Below are positions 30,124 through 41,363 of a DNA stretch of 64,000 nt, in pieces; the stretch's first letter is position 1, and every line of letters starts with the position of its first letter. The notes beneath the pieces are model-generated. The model ran no database searches. It was not told the origin of the DNA and worked only from the letters and a program-made list of their open reading frames with translations. Source of the stretch: Cyanidioschyzon merolae (taxonomy: Eukaryota). Position numbers and translations under genes: made by a program. Location of the stretch: the NCBI GenBank assembly GCA_000091205.1, contig AP006502.2, one strand, 5' to 3'.

Positions 30124-30466
30124 TGGACTCTGATGACCTCGCGGTGCAACGGAGTTGTGTATAATGGTTTAAACAACTTGGTGCTAAAGACCAAGGTGAA
30201 TGGCTGAGCGCAATAGCCGGTGTCCTTCTAGGACCGTGCCGGATGAAAATGGAATAGTGAACTGCTGGTTCTAATCATGCATTTCAATTTTTCCGAAATT
30301 TTTAGATGTACAGCCTGGGCATTCAAAGTTCAGCAATGAGTGCTTGAGGATTCATACGTCGATTTAGGTTTCTCGGTCGACTTCTTCAGGTGGCTGCTCT
30401 GATTCTTTGCCGCTGCGCTCTGTTGCGGCACTGCAGTCAAGATGATTCGATCCGCGCTTTAGAGGA

Positions 30467-31545
30467 AGGGTTCGTTAAATAACTGAAATCATCATCCAAT
30501 GCATACGTACAATCCTCTACTCTTCCTCTTTCGTACCGCGTAGCATGCTACAATCACGCTTTTTTCACGTTTCGATCTCCGGTTTCAAGGCAGCTCGAGC
30601 GCCCAGCAATCGCCAGCGTCGTATTGAGCAGGAGAAATACCCGACGTCGTCTCTGAACCACTGGTTCACAAGCTCATGCCCCAAGGTCACTGAGACTGTC
30701 GCTTCAAATACTCGAGCCGTTCGAAACGCAAATCCTATTCTCAGTGTGGCCCACGGTGAGACCGCATTCCACATCAGCTTGATGCATCCTGCCGGGCATG
30801 CAGCCAGAGGCTTCCATCTCTTCCGTTTGCGTGGAAACGTGTCTCGTACTGGGGCTTGCGTCACCGCAGCGATCGCTCTCGGTGGCAACTGCGTCAGAGC
30901 TCTGCCGGAGCCAAGCCTGGACAGAACGACGTTTCTCGACTTGATATGCAGCGTGGATTTCCGCTTCCGAGCATTGCTCCATGATCGACAGCAGCGCGTT
31001 CCAGAGAATCTCTATCGAATGGAGCAACGTGTGCTTGCGTGTGTAGCGGACAGCGTACGCGCCGAGTGCGTGGCCCCGAAAGAGCCCGTGATCGTGGGCT
31101 GCGGCACTGGGCGCTTAAACAGAGGAGAGCATCATGGTAGCCGCTGTGTCCATCAAGCGCATGTACCGGGCGACGAACTAAGCGTTTGTCGCGCCACCGG
31201 GCGGCGATCGGAGGAATAGGTTTGAAGGACATACGGGAACACCTGACCATGCCATAGTGTCGCTGCTGTAAAGGATGCACCAAGGCTGTATACGACACAG
31301 AGTCGTAGATGGCAACTTTTTCCTTTCGATCCTTAGCGTTGGCAAGAACCTGAAGTAGCTGAGTCTGCACTTGAACGCTGCCATCATTATCCTTCGACTG
31401 CTGCCTTCGGAAAATGAGGGAACAGAGAAACCAGCGGATTCAAACTCGGAGGTAAGAAAGAGGAATAGGAAGCAGACGCATAAAAATTCATCAATAGCCG
31501 GTATTTATGATAGTGGGAAGAGAGCCAAACTTTAGCATCTACCCG
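30467..31545 (+). repeat. R-unit copy R3
   Basis: Same orientation as R2, 2.7 kb downstream; the two copies bracket the PMM gene. Confidence 0.85.
30545..31219 (+). CDS. R-unit ORF-A, 224 aa (differs from the R2 copy by Y>H, G>R, T>N and two synonymous changes)
   Basis: ATG verified at 30545; MLQSRFFHV...EHHGSRCVHQAHVPGDELSVCRATGRRSEE*. Confidence 0.6.
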   Translation: MLQSRFFHVSISGFKAARAPSNRQRRIEQEKYPTSSLNHWFTSSCPKVTETVASNTRAVRNANPILSVAHGETAFHISLMHPAGHAARGFHLFRLRGNVSRTGACVTAAIALGGNCVRALPEPSLDRTTFLDLICSVDFRFRALLHDRQQRVPENLYRMEQRVLACVADSVRAECVAPKEPVIVGCGTGRLNRGEHHGSRCVHQAHVPGDELSVCRATGRRSEE

Positions 31546-31698
31546 GGAGTTAGGTAAGTCGATCCGTTCTATTCTATTCTGGCACGAGTGTCGATCTGGC
31601 TTAGCTGTGCGCAGAGCCGCTGGCAACGCCTGTGCGGACACGGCTGCTTTGCGCGACGGTCTACAGGGCAGGTGCTTGGCTTCGCGTTGCGTTCAACA

Positions 31699-32265
31699 AT
31701 GGCACTCGTTGATCCCATTGTTTGGATTGACTGCGAAATGACAGGGCTAGACCCTGAGAAGGACGCCTTGCTAGAAGTTGCCTGCATAGTCACGTCGGGC
31801 GACCTGAACACGACTGTGATAGAGGGTCCGAGCTTCATCCTGCAAGCACCGGCTGCCGCTCTCGCCGGCATGAGCGACAAAGTTCGAGCGATGCATTCGA
31901 ACTCAGGATTAATTGACGAAGTATATCAGGCGACACTGTCAGCAGAAAGCGCCGAGTTAAAGATTTTGGAGTTCTTAGAGGCAGTAGGTGTCGGACCGCA
32001 GGTCGCACCGCTCGCCGGAAACTCGGTTCACGTTGATCGCCGCTTCCTCGCACGCTACATGCCGAAACTGGACGCGTACCTCCACTATCGAATTATAGAT
32101 GTTTCAACGGTAAAAGAGCTCTGCAGAAGGTGGTACCCGAACGTTTTTTCTCGAGCCCCAGCAAAGCAAGGCGCTCACCGTGCTCTGGACGATATTCGAG
32201 AGAGTATATCTGAACTGGTGTTCTATCGTGAGAACGTCTTCCGGTTCCCGAATGACACCGCATAA
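31699..32265 (+). CDS. REXO2: oligoribonuclease (DEDDh 3'-5' exoribonuclease)
   Basis: MALVDPIVWIDCEMTGLDPEKDALLEVACIV...HYRIIDVSTVKELCRRWYP...HRALDDIRESI matches Orn/REXO2 Exo I-III motifs; listed start 31588 is GTG, first ATG 31699. Confidence 0.85.
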   Translation: MALVDPIVWIDCEMTGLDPEKDALLEVACIVTSGDLNTTVIEGPSFILQAPAAALAGMSDKVRAMHSNSGLIDEVYQATLSAESAELKILEFLEAVGVGPQVAPLAGNSVHVDRRFLARYMPKLDAYLHYRIIDVSTVKELCRRWYPNVFSRAPAKQGAHRALDDIRESISELVFYRENVFRFPNDTA

Positions 32266-33198
32266 CGAGCTTTGACTGAGCAGAGGCCATGTGCCTTGGT
32301 ATGGGTACAGCGCATGCTCTCGAGACATGCCGGAGAGGTACGACCGTCGACAGATCGGGAATTCGTCGGGTGCACCAAAGGCCGCAGCATGCCCTGTAAC
32401 GCTGCCTGTTTGGGTGCAATCCACTTCCTCAGCGTCCAGTGCTTTGAATGATGGACACGCTTCCTGGAATGTGCGAATAAGAGATTCCGGGACTGCAGGA
32501 TCCTGGGGTATCGTCATGCTCTCAGAATAGAGCACTCAATGTTCGATTTGCGTATGCACCGAAAAAGGACCTGGCTCAGTTTGTCTGCTTGGCGAGCTGT
32601 GATGCGGAATCATTGTGCTGATTCAATGTCGCTACTCTAACTGGAAGCGGCCACTAGTGTTAAATCTGAATGATAGTCTCGTCATCAAAGTAGTGTTTTC
32701 CTGCACGGAACGCGATCTGATACCACCTTGAACTCTGCGACGTAGTGACCTCGGACTTGTCGGCGTGAACATTCTAGCCTCATCATGCACGCGCCGAACC
32801 TCAAGATTTGCTTTCTACTCGGGCACGAAAGCTCATCTGGTAGCGAAATGAGCGATCATCGGCACACTGACGGGCATCTCCATTGCGTCACCAGCTGGGA
32901 CAGGCGGCGCCGCGCAATGAGCCAGTGCGATAGGGTTGCCGCACTTGGGCGACAATAGGCATCGTTGGACTGCATATGATGTTTATTTGGTGAATCTGGC
33001 GATACTATGGTGCACCATGATTTCGATGATCGCCAAATGGTGTCAGATGCTTTCGCTTGGTTCTCCCGCATATTCCCCGGGCGCTTTCACGGAATCTGGT
33101 CTTTATGATTCCGGAATATGCCATGTAACATTCCACTGAAGACTCTTATGGACCCCTAGCCTTCACATGCTTCTCGTTTTCCTCTTCCATGTGAATTT

Positions 33199-34503
33199 TC
33201 ACTCGGCCGAGAGCTCCTGATAACCCGTCCAGCTTTCATTTGGTTTCAACTCTACACCCTTGTCATGAAATACTGCTGGTTCGATGCAAATGAATTTTTG
33301 CCAGTCAGGGTCGGATCCTTGTTGCCCGTAAGGATTCCATAAAGTGCAGTCTGTGAATCCGCGCTTGTCTATTTTCATCACTGTCAACGCTACCATATCG
33401 AAGAGCGCCATCTCATCGGGAGCGTTCTTGTAGACTCTATCGACAGCGGCCTCCACTGGAAGACCACTCAAAAGCACGGATTCCTCACGTTTCATGGTAT
33501 TTGCATCCATCTTGTCCAAATATTCCAGATTGTCGTATCCGAAGACTCGAATTTTGGACACGTCCCGGACGCGCAGATAATTGTGCAGCGCCGCTGTAAA
33601 GGGCATCGGCCGATCGGTTTCCAAGTTCGTGATGCGCAGCTCACAGCGCAGGCCCCGCAAATTTAGCGTCACAGCATACTCGGCAGAGAACTTGAAAGGA
33701 AACAAGTCGCGGTAGTGCGAGGGCACCTCTTCCGAAGAGAGCATCAGAACACAACGCGATGCAGTACCATTTTCTACCATATCGATACTCCGCAGCTTCC
33801 AGTCAACATTCCGTGCAAATCCGTGATTCGGGAGCGCTCCATCACTACCAAACTGGGGGAAACAAATTGGAATCCCTCCGCGAATTGGTTTCGATCGATC
33901 AAAAACGGCCTCTTCTGAGAGAAAAAGCATCTCCTCAGTGCCTTGGCGCGCTTTCCACGACGTGACGCAGGCTCCGAACAGGTACACATCGGCCACTTGT
34001 TTTGTCTGCTCGTTCTTTAGACGAACACAGGGTAAACCGTTCCGCCCGTCAACTAGGCAACCGGCCTCATCGCTTGGAACGCCAGACTCGGAGAGGCCGC
34101 TGGCCTTGCCTCCTGTGAGCTCTGCCGCCAGTTTGGCTGCCAAATCAGTGAACCGAGTGCCTGATGCGTCTCCTTGGCCAGGATTATTTAACTTCGCGCG
34201 GAGGCCAAGAGACAGCGGCACATAAGCGCCCTTCTTACGGTCCCATAGCCCAGGCGTCCACTGAGACCCCGATCGACCTGTTGCTCTGGCTTGCCGGAGA
34301 GACCCGCAGCAGCGCTGTCTACTAGTGCGCACCCCAAGCGGACAGCTAGAACTTAAACCACAGACCACAAACATGCTATAGTGATTGGTTGCAGGTACAA
34401 AGAAAAGGAGCTCTTTGGCCTGACCGGTCCGCAAGACGAGCACGGCTGTCCTAGAACTGCTTTCACGAAGTGCACGCTCCCGCATGATGAATGTGTGACG
34501 CAT
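33199..34503 (-). CDS. glucose-6-phosphate 1-epimerase (aldose-1-epimerase-like, YMR099C family) with ~140-aa N-terminal extension
   Basis: YLFGACVTSWKARQGTEEMLFLSEEAVFDRSKPIRGGIPICFPQFG...HGFARN matches the family; ATG at 34503 verified, but the N-terminal 140 aa lie outside the conserved domain, so the true start or an intron is uncertain. Confidence 0.65.
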   Translation of the reverse strand: MRHTFIMRERALRESSSRTAVLVLRTGQAKELLFFVPATNHYSMFVVCGLSSSCPLGVRTSRQRCCGSLRQARATGRSGSQWTPGLWDRKKGAYVPLSLGLRAKLNNPGQGDASGTRFTDLAAKLAAELTGGKASGLSESGVPSDEAGCLVDGRNGLPCVRLKNEQTKQVADVYLFGACVTSWKARQGTEEMLFLSEEAVFDRSKPIRGGIPICFPQFGSDGALPNHGFARNVDWKLRSIDMVENGTASRCVLMLSSEEVPSHYRDLFPFKFSAEYAVTLNLRGLRCELRITNLETDRPMPFTAALHNYLRVRDVSKIRVFGYDNLEYLDKMDANTMKREESVLLSGLPVEAAVDRVYKNAPDEMALFDMVALTVMKIDKRGFTDCTLWNPYGQQGSDPDWQKFICIEPAVFHDKGVELKPNESWTGYQELSAE

Positions 34504-35312
34504 TGCGCCGCCAACAGTGATACGGACGCCTCAACCCGACGCCCTCAGTGGCATGGCAAAACCGTTCTGTCTCCGTGCAGTACCTGCTTCAGCGGGATAA
34601 GCGCTACGGCGAGAGCTCAAAACAGCTACTCGGCACACGATAGAACATACGAAACGACCAGTATACCCGAGAGGAAGTATGGGTTATAGAACTTGAAGGT
34701 AGGCGCTTCATCATTAACGCTTTCCCGAAATCCAGTATCCGTTCCGAATTCTGGAATCCAAGGTCAATCTAAACATTTTGTCATCTGAAAAACTTCAGTT
34801 ATGCGGAACGCTCCGCGTATTGGACGCCCTGCTCGCAAGCATCTCCAGTGGAGCTCTGGCCGCCTTGTCTGCCGCTAGCATCTTTTGTGCTACTGGGGGA
34901 TCACTGCTCCGACACAATGATAAGGTGGCATGGAAAATGGCCTAGTTCATTCAGTAACCCGCTTACGAGCGAGCAAGATTTGCGCTGATTGGCTAGTGCA
35001 CCCAGATGCACGCAACCGACGGCATGGAATTGGGTCAAGTCTGTTCAAGAATTCGTTCACGAACGAGTAACATTTTTGCTGTCGGGGTATCGTGCCTGAG
35101 TGCACGCATCCTGCACCATGAACGTGAGATCAGGTGAATGGAACAGCCCTGAACGTGTCGTATTCTTTAGTGTCATTTGCAGTGAAGGAAACGGCGCTGG
35201 AACAAAGCAAAAATGACGCCAAAGCGGGGCATCGCCGTCGGATCGGTTGCGCACACTAGACATCGCTGCGTCCGGGTTTGCTGGACTCGTAAGCGACCGA
35301 TTACTTCAGTTT

Positions 35313-36794
35313 ATGGCGAAGAATCAAGAGGCACCCGGGGTTGATATCGCTCCTAAAGATGAAGACCTGGAAATTCTGGAGATGCGTGCATGTCTTGAAC
35401 TTCTCGGAATACACAGGGAGTCCGAGGGGGATCGGTACCAGGTGCTTCTGGATCCCGAAGGTGTAGTTCTTCAGCCGCAGTCCCCGGCGGGAATCAAAGG
35501 AGCAGAGGTCCTCTATGAGGCTTTATTAGAACGCTTACGAGCGTATGAACGGGGTAATTTTTACGTGACGGACTTGCTTAGCGGCGTGCGCTACATCTTC
35601 GCGTTGCTTCGCCGCTCCGGTTTCCTGAGCAGCGATCCTGTTCGGGTGGAAGTTCTGCTGCAGAACGTTCAGGCCTTTGCGGCTAGCGGCGGTCCAGATC
35701 GTGAAGCGCGCCAGAAACATGCGAGCGTTGCGCTCTCAGCCGCTGTGCTTCTATTCAATGCAATTGGCAACGCACCAGCGGCGCCACGCTGGAACCTGCT
35801 CCGCATCGAGACGCTGGCGGAGATCCTGCGGTGCGCAACTGCAGCGGACAAGGCGGACCGAGTCATCGCTTTCATGTTAAATCACGGCACCGACATGATC
35901 GAACGCTACTATTCCTCGCGCAGTTCGGAGTATCGTGCCGTTCTGGAGAACAATGATGCTGAAAATGGGATCCGCGAGGATGGCGACTTTACAACCGCGC
36001 GTTGTGGATACTACCGTGCTCTCTTCTACGCTTTGAAAGCCGCGGAGGAACATGTTCGATTCCGGACGGACATCATTGTCGACACCGATTTCGAGACCCT
36101 TCTGATTCAGACAGGATGCAGAGCCTTGGAAGTGGCGGAGACGAGCAAACTGGTCCAAGATTCTGATCGTGAAGTTGCTGTAGAAATTGTTTGTCGTGCA
36201 CTGGCTGCGCCGAGTTTCACCAAGTTCGCTGAACTACTACGCCTGGAAACGATTCAGGCCGACACGCATATGCGGTATGCATGTGAGGCACTAACGCTTT
36301 TGGACGAATCCCTCTATGAGAGCCTCTTGGCTGGCCACGGAAACGAGTCCGAGGTCACGGAAGCCGTACACAAACACAGGCAAATGATCGAAACCAAGCT
36401 TCGGGTGCTGCGGGTATCGCGGGCTTGTGCCCGTGGTGAATACGCTGCGGAAAAGCCTGAGAGGTCCAGCGAAGAACCAGCATGCGATTCGAAGAGTCAT
36501 CGCGGCGCGCGTATTCTGCCGTATGCAGCCTTAGCGAAACATGTGGGTATGACGGAGAGCGATATGAATCTTGATGAGGAGGTAGAGAAATGGATCATAT
36601 TAGCAATACAATTTGGTGTTCTGAGAGCAAAGATTGATCAAGCGAAGAAAATGATTCGCATCGATTATGCCTTTGATCCAGATTCGAGCACGAGCCGAGA
36701 AAGTTGGCAACTTGTAGCTGGTCGCCTAGAGCGACTCCGCCTCCAGATAGCGCAAATCGCAGACACCACGGAGTCGATTTTGCTAGCACCGTAG
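35313..36794 (+). CDS. PCI-domain protein (eIF3m / CSN7-like)
   Basis: C-terminal ILPYAALAKHVGMTESDMNLDEEVEKWIILAIQFGVLRAKIDQAKKMIRI resembles a PCI winged-helix; listed start 35247 is TTG, first ATG 35313. Confidence 0.5.
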   Translation: MAKNQEAPGVDIAPKDEDLEILEMRACLELLGIHRESEGDRYQVLLDPEGVVLQPQSPAGIKGAEVLYEALLERLRAYERGNFYVTDLLSGVRYIFALLRRSGFLSSDPVRVEVLLQNVQAFAASGGPDREARQKHASVALSAAVLLFNAIGNAPAAPRWNLLRIETLAEILRCATAADKADRVIAFMLNHGTDMIERYYSSRSSEYRAVLENNDAENGIREDGDFTTARCGYYRALFYALKAAEEHVRFRTDIIVDTDFETLLIQTGCRALEVAETSKLVQDSDREVAVEIVCRALAAPSFTKFAELLRLETIQADTHMRYACEALTLLDESLYESLLAGHGNESEVTEAVHKHRQMIETKLRVLRVSRACARGEYAAEKPERSSEEPACDSKSHRGARILPYAALAKHVGMTESDMNLDEEVEKWIILAIQFGVLRAKIDQAKKMIRIDYAFDPDSSTSRESWQLVAGRLERLRLQIAQIADTTESILLAP

Positions 36795-38342
36795 ACGGGG
36801 ACTTTGTATGGCTGCGTCCTGGTGGGCATCGGTAGAAAGCTGACGAGAGTTACCTATGATTCTTAACGTAGAAGGCGAACATGGTGACGGAATCCGCTAT
36901 GAAGGTAGCGGGCGTCTTGACTTTTGCAGCCGCAGTTGCGTGCATTCATTATTAGCGAATGAGGTTGGCATCCTATCGAGCGTGCAATATCGCTCTCATG
37001 CAGCATATTTGGTGAAACATTTCCAAACAAATGTTTTAGTTTGTTCGACAGTTCAGCTACCTGCAGCATCTCCCGGTCACAGGTATCACTCTTCTTCAGA
37101 TGGACCTGCGGGTTCAAGCTCTGAAATAATTCCTATATGCATTGGATGGATGCGCGCTTTGGAAAAAAATGCAACAAGCGATTGCCTGTCCCATGACGAT
37201 GCAGGAAAGACCACTCGTGGCTAATAGGGCACCGGTTCCGTCTCATACCAGGAACGAGCGAAGGCATAACGCTTCGGGAGAGGTTTCTCTGCGCTCGAGC
37301 CGCTTTTCCAAAGCGCACGCCTAACCGACAAATGAGGAAAACGTGCTTTTTTAGATCATTACGGCTTGCGATTTTCAGACGGGATTCTGTCAGGTCTCAA
37401 GCATGCAGTCTCCGAGCGTGCCAGCGTCTGCTGTATACAAGTTGCCCGATGAGAAGCCTATGAACCGAGGAAGACGAATCTCCCCGCCCTGCATTTTTTG
37501 ACCATCACCATCTCTCGTGATTGATCGTAAAGTCCGTCGAAAAAGCTTGAAAGCATGATGTCGCAGTCGACCGAAGCGTGCTGTTCCGTCAGACGGTATG
37601 GTCCCTGTCACGCAAACTGCTTCTCCACGTGAGCTCTGTTGCACTTCGTTTACCGTTGAATGCTCCACGACCGTCAACATTCATATTCGGCAGTGCGCAA
37701 GCTAAACAGCTCGCCAAACAGAGGGGCTATGAGTCCGCCACTCTTTCCTCGCCATGTTCTATAAGTGGGGAACAGCGAGCGGACGTGTGCCAGCGTGCGT
37801 GATATCTCGAGGGGTTCAACACTTAGAAGTGTATGCAGCAATAAGATTCCACGCGTTCGAAGTACAGCTGTACCGGGCGCTGAGGAAAATGTGCCCAGAC
37901 CCTAGCGCCTTCGTAAACGACCATCGCCAGAACTTTTTCAAAACATCGGATATCGGAACAAGTGGTTCGAGGGAAAGAGGTCGACAATGAAGTTTGCTTC
38001 ATGTAGACCGGATCATGGCTCCACCATAGTTCCGTCAGATGAAACACGAACACGGATCCTTTCAATATGTTCCTGCTTTTCGACTGTGCCCCTGTTTTTT
38101 GGTAGATGAAAGGCCTCAACATTCGAAGTCCAATCATCGCGGCTCACGGATTCATTCGTTGTTTTAGGATTCTCGATCTTCTTCTCGAATAGCTTCCTCT
38201 GTCTCCATGTTGTTGGGTTTGTAAAGTTACGAGTAGCAATATGACTCGCACCGCCATCGACCAAAGGGTTCGTGAAGCTACTGACGTCATTATCCGATGT
38301 ATGCGTACAATACTTTGTTCTTCCCTGTTCCTTACGTGTGGC

Positions 38343-39057
38343 ATGCTCAAATCACGCATGCTTCAAGTTTTGGTCTTCCTGTTTCGAGGCAACTCGTGGG
38401 CGCAACAATTCGAGCAGAGAGATTGGTAATGAGCGAAATACGAAATCGGTTCTGAACGACTTGGTCACAATCCCACGCAAAAAGTTCACTGAACTCCCCA
38501 AGACAACCATTCGGTTCCATGCGAGAAGCAAACCCCCGGCTCTTTGCGGCAATAAACGGAACGGCATTGCGCAACACCATTGCCCATGCCCTGTGATAGA
38601 CTACCAGAAGCACCCGCCCATTCTGTTCAGACAAAAATGGGTTTCGTACTTGGAATGCAGTTATGGTTCACATGGCTTCCAGTGGAGCGTTTGTCAAAGA
38701 TTTCCACGACGGAAGTATAGGGCGCATCGCATTTCTCGACTTGATTTCCAGCCTTTCTTTTCCCCATGGTACTTGGATCATCATGGACGAGCTCGCTTCC
38801 CAGAAATCCTCCTTCGGGCCGCAAAGCTAACACTGGCGCGTCCAGCGGACAGCTTCCTCACCGAGAAGATCCCCCAGAGGAACACGGTGTGCGTAAGGCA
38901 TGGTACCGGGCGCGGAAACCGAGGAGGGCATGGCAACGTGCCTTCTGCACCCGATAGAAGCACGTACCGAGTTACGAAGCACGCGTTTGTCGTGAAACAG
39001 GACAGCTCTCGGAGAAGGGTGTGTGTTGGACATATAGGAACAAACGACTACAGCTAA
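38343..39057 (+). pseudogene. R-unit ORF-A homolog; conserved ATG (MLKSRML...) is followed by a stop after 28 codons and the remaining 261-codon frame (38272..39057) has no ATG
   Basis: N-terminus MLKSRMLQVLVFLFRGNSWAQQFEQRDW* aligns with R2 MLQSRFFHVSISGFKAARAPSNRQRRIEQEKY; downstream frame ...ARPADSFLTEKIPQRNTVCVRHGTGRGNRGGHGN aligns with R2 ...VADSVRAECVAPKEPVIVGCGTGRLNRGEHHGS. Confidence 0.5.
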
Positions 39058-39262
39058 ACTTCACTTGTAAAAACCTCGCACCTCGGCTGTACACAAACGA
39101 GACGATGAAAACGACAAGGGATGCATGAATCGCTTCTTTAGCCTGTGGATGCATTGCGCAAGCAATAGCTGGAAACAGCGAAATCAATACTTGAACGCTG
39201 CGATCAATATCCTCCGATGACCTACAAGAGAGCAGGACGAAAAGAGAGTCCAGCGTTTCCAA
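38972..39262 (-). CDS. R-unit ORF-B homolog segment (..LSCRSSEDIDRSVQVLISLFPAIACAMHPQAKEAIHAS..); listed start is TTG, no ATG
   Basis: Protein-level and synonymous-site conservation with the R2 and D2 ORF-B segments. Confidence 0.4.
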   Translation of the reverse strand: METLDSLFVLLSCRSSEDIDRSVQVLISLFPAIACAMHPQAKEAIHASLVVFIVSFVYSRGARFLQVKFSCSRLFLYVQHTPFSESCPVSRQTRAS

Positions 39263-39638
39263 AGCCAGCGTTTATCTACAGCAAGCGGAAAGCGTCGAAG
39301 AGAACTTCCGCACAGTCTGGTGTTGGTGCCACGATGAAGAGACCCAAAGTTGGTGAGTACGCCAATTTCCCTTTCTGGACACTTTCAATTTTCTTCTGAA
39401 ATGGGTGTATCAGCGTATTCTTAACTGCAATATCTAGTTTGATTCTAACGCACGATCGATGCATCCCATCAGAGAGACGCTCATGCAGCGAATCCAGGAA
39501 GCGGAGAAGACGCTCTACGAAGCGCGTCGTCGCCCAGAATACGTCGCTGCGGCGGCATCGACCGGGGCGAAGCGCGCCTCTACGCTCAAAAAGCGACGTT
39601 TGTCTCCTGGTACGAACTAGACCTTTTCATCAGGTGCA

Positions 39639-41363
39639 ATGTTGGGTTTCGCCCGCCCAGGTGCAAGTGGACTTTTAAAGGAAGGTGGTCAACATTTCTA
39701 CGGAATTCAGGAAGCTGTTCTCAAGAACATCGAGGCCTGTAAAGTCTTGGCGAGCATCGTCCGGACGAGTTACGGCCCAAACGGGAGAAACAAACTCATC
39801 AGCAACCGTTTGAATAAGATTTTCATCACATCAGATGCAGCTACAATTGTTCGGGAACTTGAGGTTGTCCATCCTGCCGCAAAAATGGTTGTGGCAGCGT
39901 CGCAGGCACAGGAGCGAGACGTCGGTGACGGCACCGGCCTTGTGCTCGTGCTTGCCGGTGAGTTGCTGAACCAGGCAGCCGATCTTCTGCACCAGGGTCT
40001 ACATCCAAGTGAAATTGTGAAAGGATACAAAAGATCATGCGAAGAGGCTTTGAAGATCATGGAAGAAGGGACTCTCCAAGTGAGACGGGTTGACGACTTG
40101 AGAGACGCCGCTGCTGTCGCTGAGGCGCTGGAGGCGTGTCTTGCGAGCAAGCACTGGGGCGCGGAAGCTTTCCTGGCACGACTGGTAGCCGAAGCCTGCA
40201 TCCAGGTCCTGCCTGGCTACTTCGATGGGAGCGCAGTCAACGATGTGCCTCTGGCGGAATTCGCCGATGATGAGGAAACTCGTGAGCGGCTTCGTCGATT
40301 CAATATCGATAACGTCCGTGTCGTGAAGGTACTCGGCGGCTCGCTCTCTGAATCAAGCCTCGTTCGCGGAACTGTGCTGGTGCGAGACACCGAGGGTACA
40401 GTGAAACACATCAAAGACGCCAAGGTTGCTCTGTTTACGAACGATGTCGATACGTTACAGATGGAAACAAAAGGCACCGTTGTCTTACACTCTGGAAAAG
40501 AGCTGGAGTCGTACACAAAGACGGAAGAGCAGATTCTGGGCGAACGCATCCGCAAACTCTCCGAGGCAGGGGTGAATGTAGTGGTTACCGGAGGCAAATT
40601 CGGCGAGATTGCCTTACACTATTTGGAAATGCACGGTATCATGGCGATTCGGTGCCCGTCGAAGTATGACCTGCGTCGGGTGGTCCGCGCTACCAATGCC
40701 GTGGCGGTTTTGTCGCTAGGAGATACGCCACCATCGCTGGAAGAAATCGGCTCCTGTGATGAGGTAAGCGTGGAAGAACGCGGCTCAACGAAGATGATCG
40801 TTTTCGGTCAGCGCAGTGATGCCACGAGAATCTCCACCATTGTTTTACGAGGCGCGACACAAAACCTATTGGATGATGTAGAGAGAGCCATCGACGATGC
40901 AGTGCACATGTTCAAGGTTCTGGCGTGCCGGGACCCGCGCCTCGTTGCGGGGGCGGGCGCCCTTGAGATGGAACTTGCGAGCCGCCTTCACGATTTTGCA
41001 GACCGCGCGAAAGGCCTCGACCAGTTACCCATGCAGCATTTCGCGGAAGCTCTCAAGATTATCCCGCGGACGCTCGCCGAGAACGCCGGGCAGAATACGA
41101 CGGAAGTCATGACGCGGCTCTATGCGGCACATCGCCAGGGTCATAGCCATGCTGGTGTGGATATCCGCCTCGAGTCTGGGACGATGTCCACGGGATCTGA
41201 AGCTCGAGGCATCATCAATGCCAACGAGTACAAGATATGGGATTCGCTTGCAGTAAAAAACGCAGCGATCCGGAAAGCAGTGGACGTGGCATGTACGATT
41301 CTGATGGTGGATGCCTTGATCATGGCGAAGCAGGTCAGTGGTGCCGGCTCCGGTCACGGCTAG
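39639..41363 (+). CDS. CCT8: T-complex protein 1 subunit theta (chaperonin CCT8)
   Basis: LLKEGGQHFYGIQEAVLKNIEACKVLASIVRTSYGPNGRNK...DAATIVRELEVVHPAAKMVVAASQAQERDVGDGTGLVLVLAGELL closely parallels CCT theta N-terminus; ATG verified. Confidence 0.9.
   Translation: MLGFARPGASGLLKEGGQHFYGIQEAVLKNIEACKVLASIVRTSYGPNGRNKLISNRLNKIFITSDAATIVRELEVVHPAAKMVVAASQAQERDVGDGTGLVLVLAGELLNQAADLLHQGLHPSEIVKGYKRSCEEALKIMEEGTLQVRRVDDLRDAAAVAEALEACLASKHWGAEAFLARLVAEACIQVLPGYFDGSAVNDVPLAEFADDEETRERLRRFNIDNVRVVKVLGGSLSESSLVRGTVLVRDTEGTVKHIKDAKVALFTNDVDTLQMETKGTVVLHSGKELESYTKTEEQILGERIRKLSEAGVNVVVTGGKFGEIALHYLEMHGIMAIRCPSKYDLRRVVRATNAVAVLSLGDTPPSLEEIGSCDEVSVEERGSTKMIVFGQRSDATRISTIVLRGATQNLLDDVERAIDDAVHMFKVLACRDPRLVAGAGALEMELASRLHDFADRAKGLDQLPMQHFAEALKIIPRTLAENAGQNTTEVMTRLYAAHRQGHSHAGVDIRLESGTMSTGSEARGIINANEYKIWDSLAVKNAAIRKAVDVACTILMVDALIMAKQVSGAGSGHG

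Larger units (their letters stand above)
38230..39265 (+). repeat. diverged R-unit copy D1 (~55-60% nt identity to R2 in conserved blocks)
   Basis: Shares the upstream block (tgtatgcgtacaat...gcatgctcaaatcacgc), ORF-A body, ttctcgacttgat block, GTGRGNRGGHG block, and ggctgtacacaaacgag / cttgaacgctgcgatcaatatcctccgatgac tail blocks. Confidence 0.7.
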
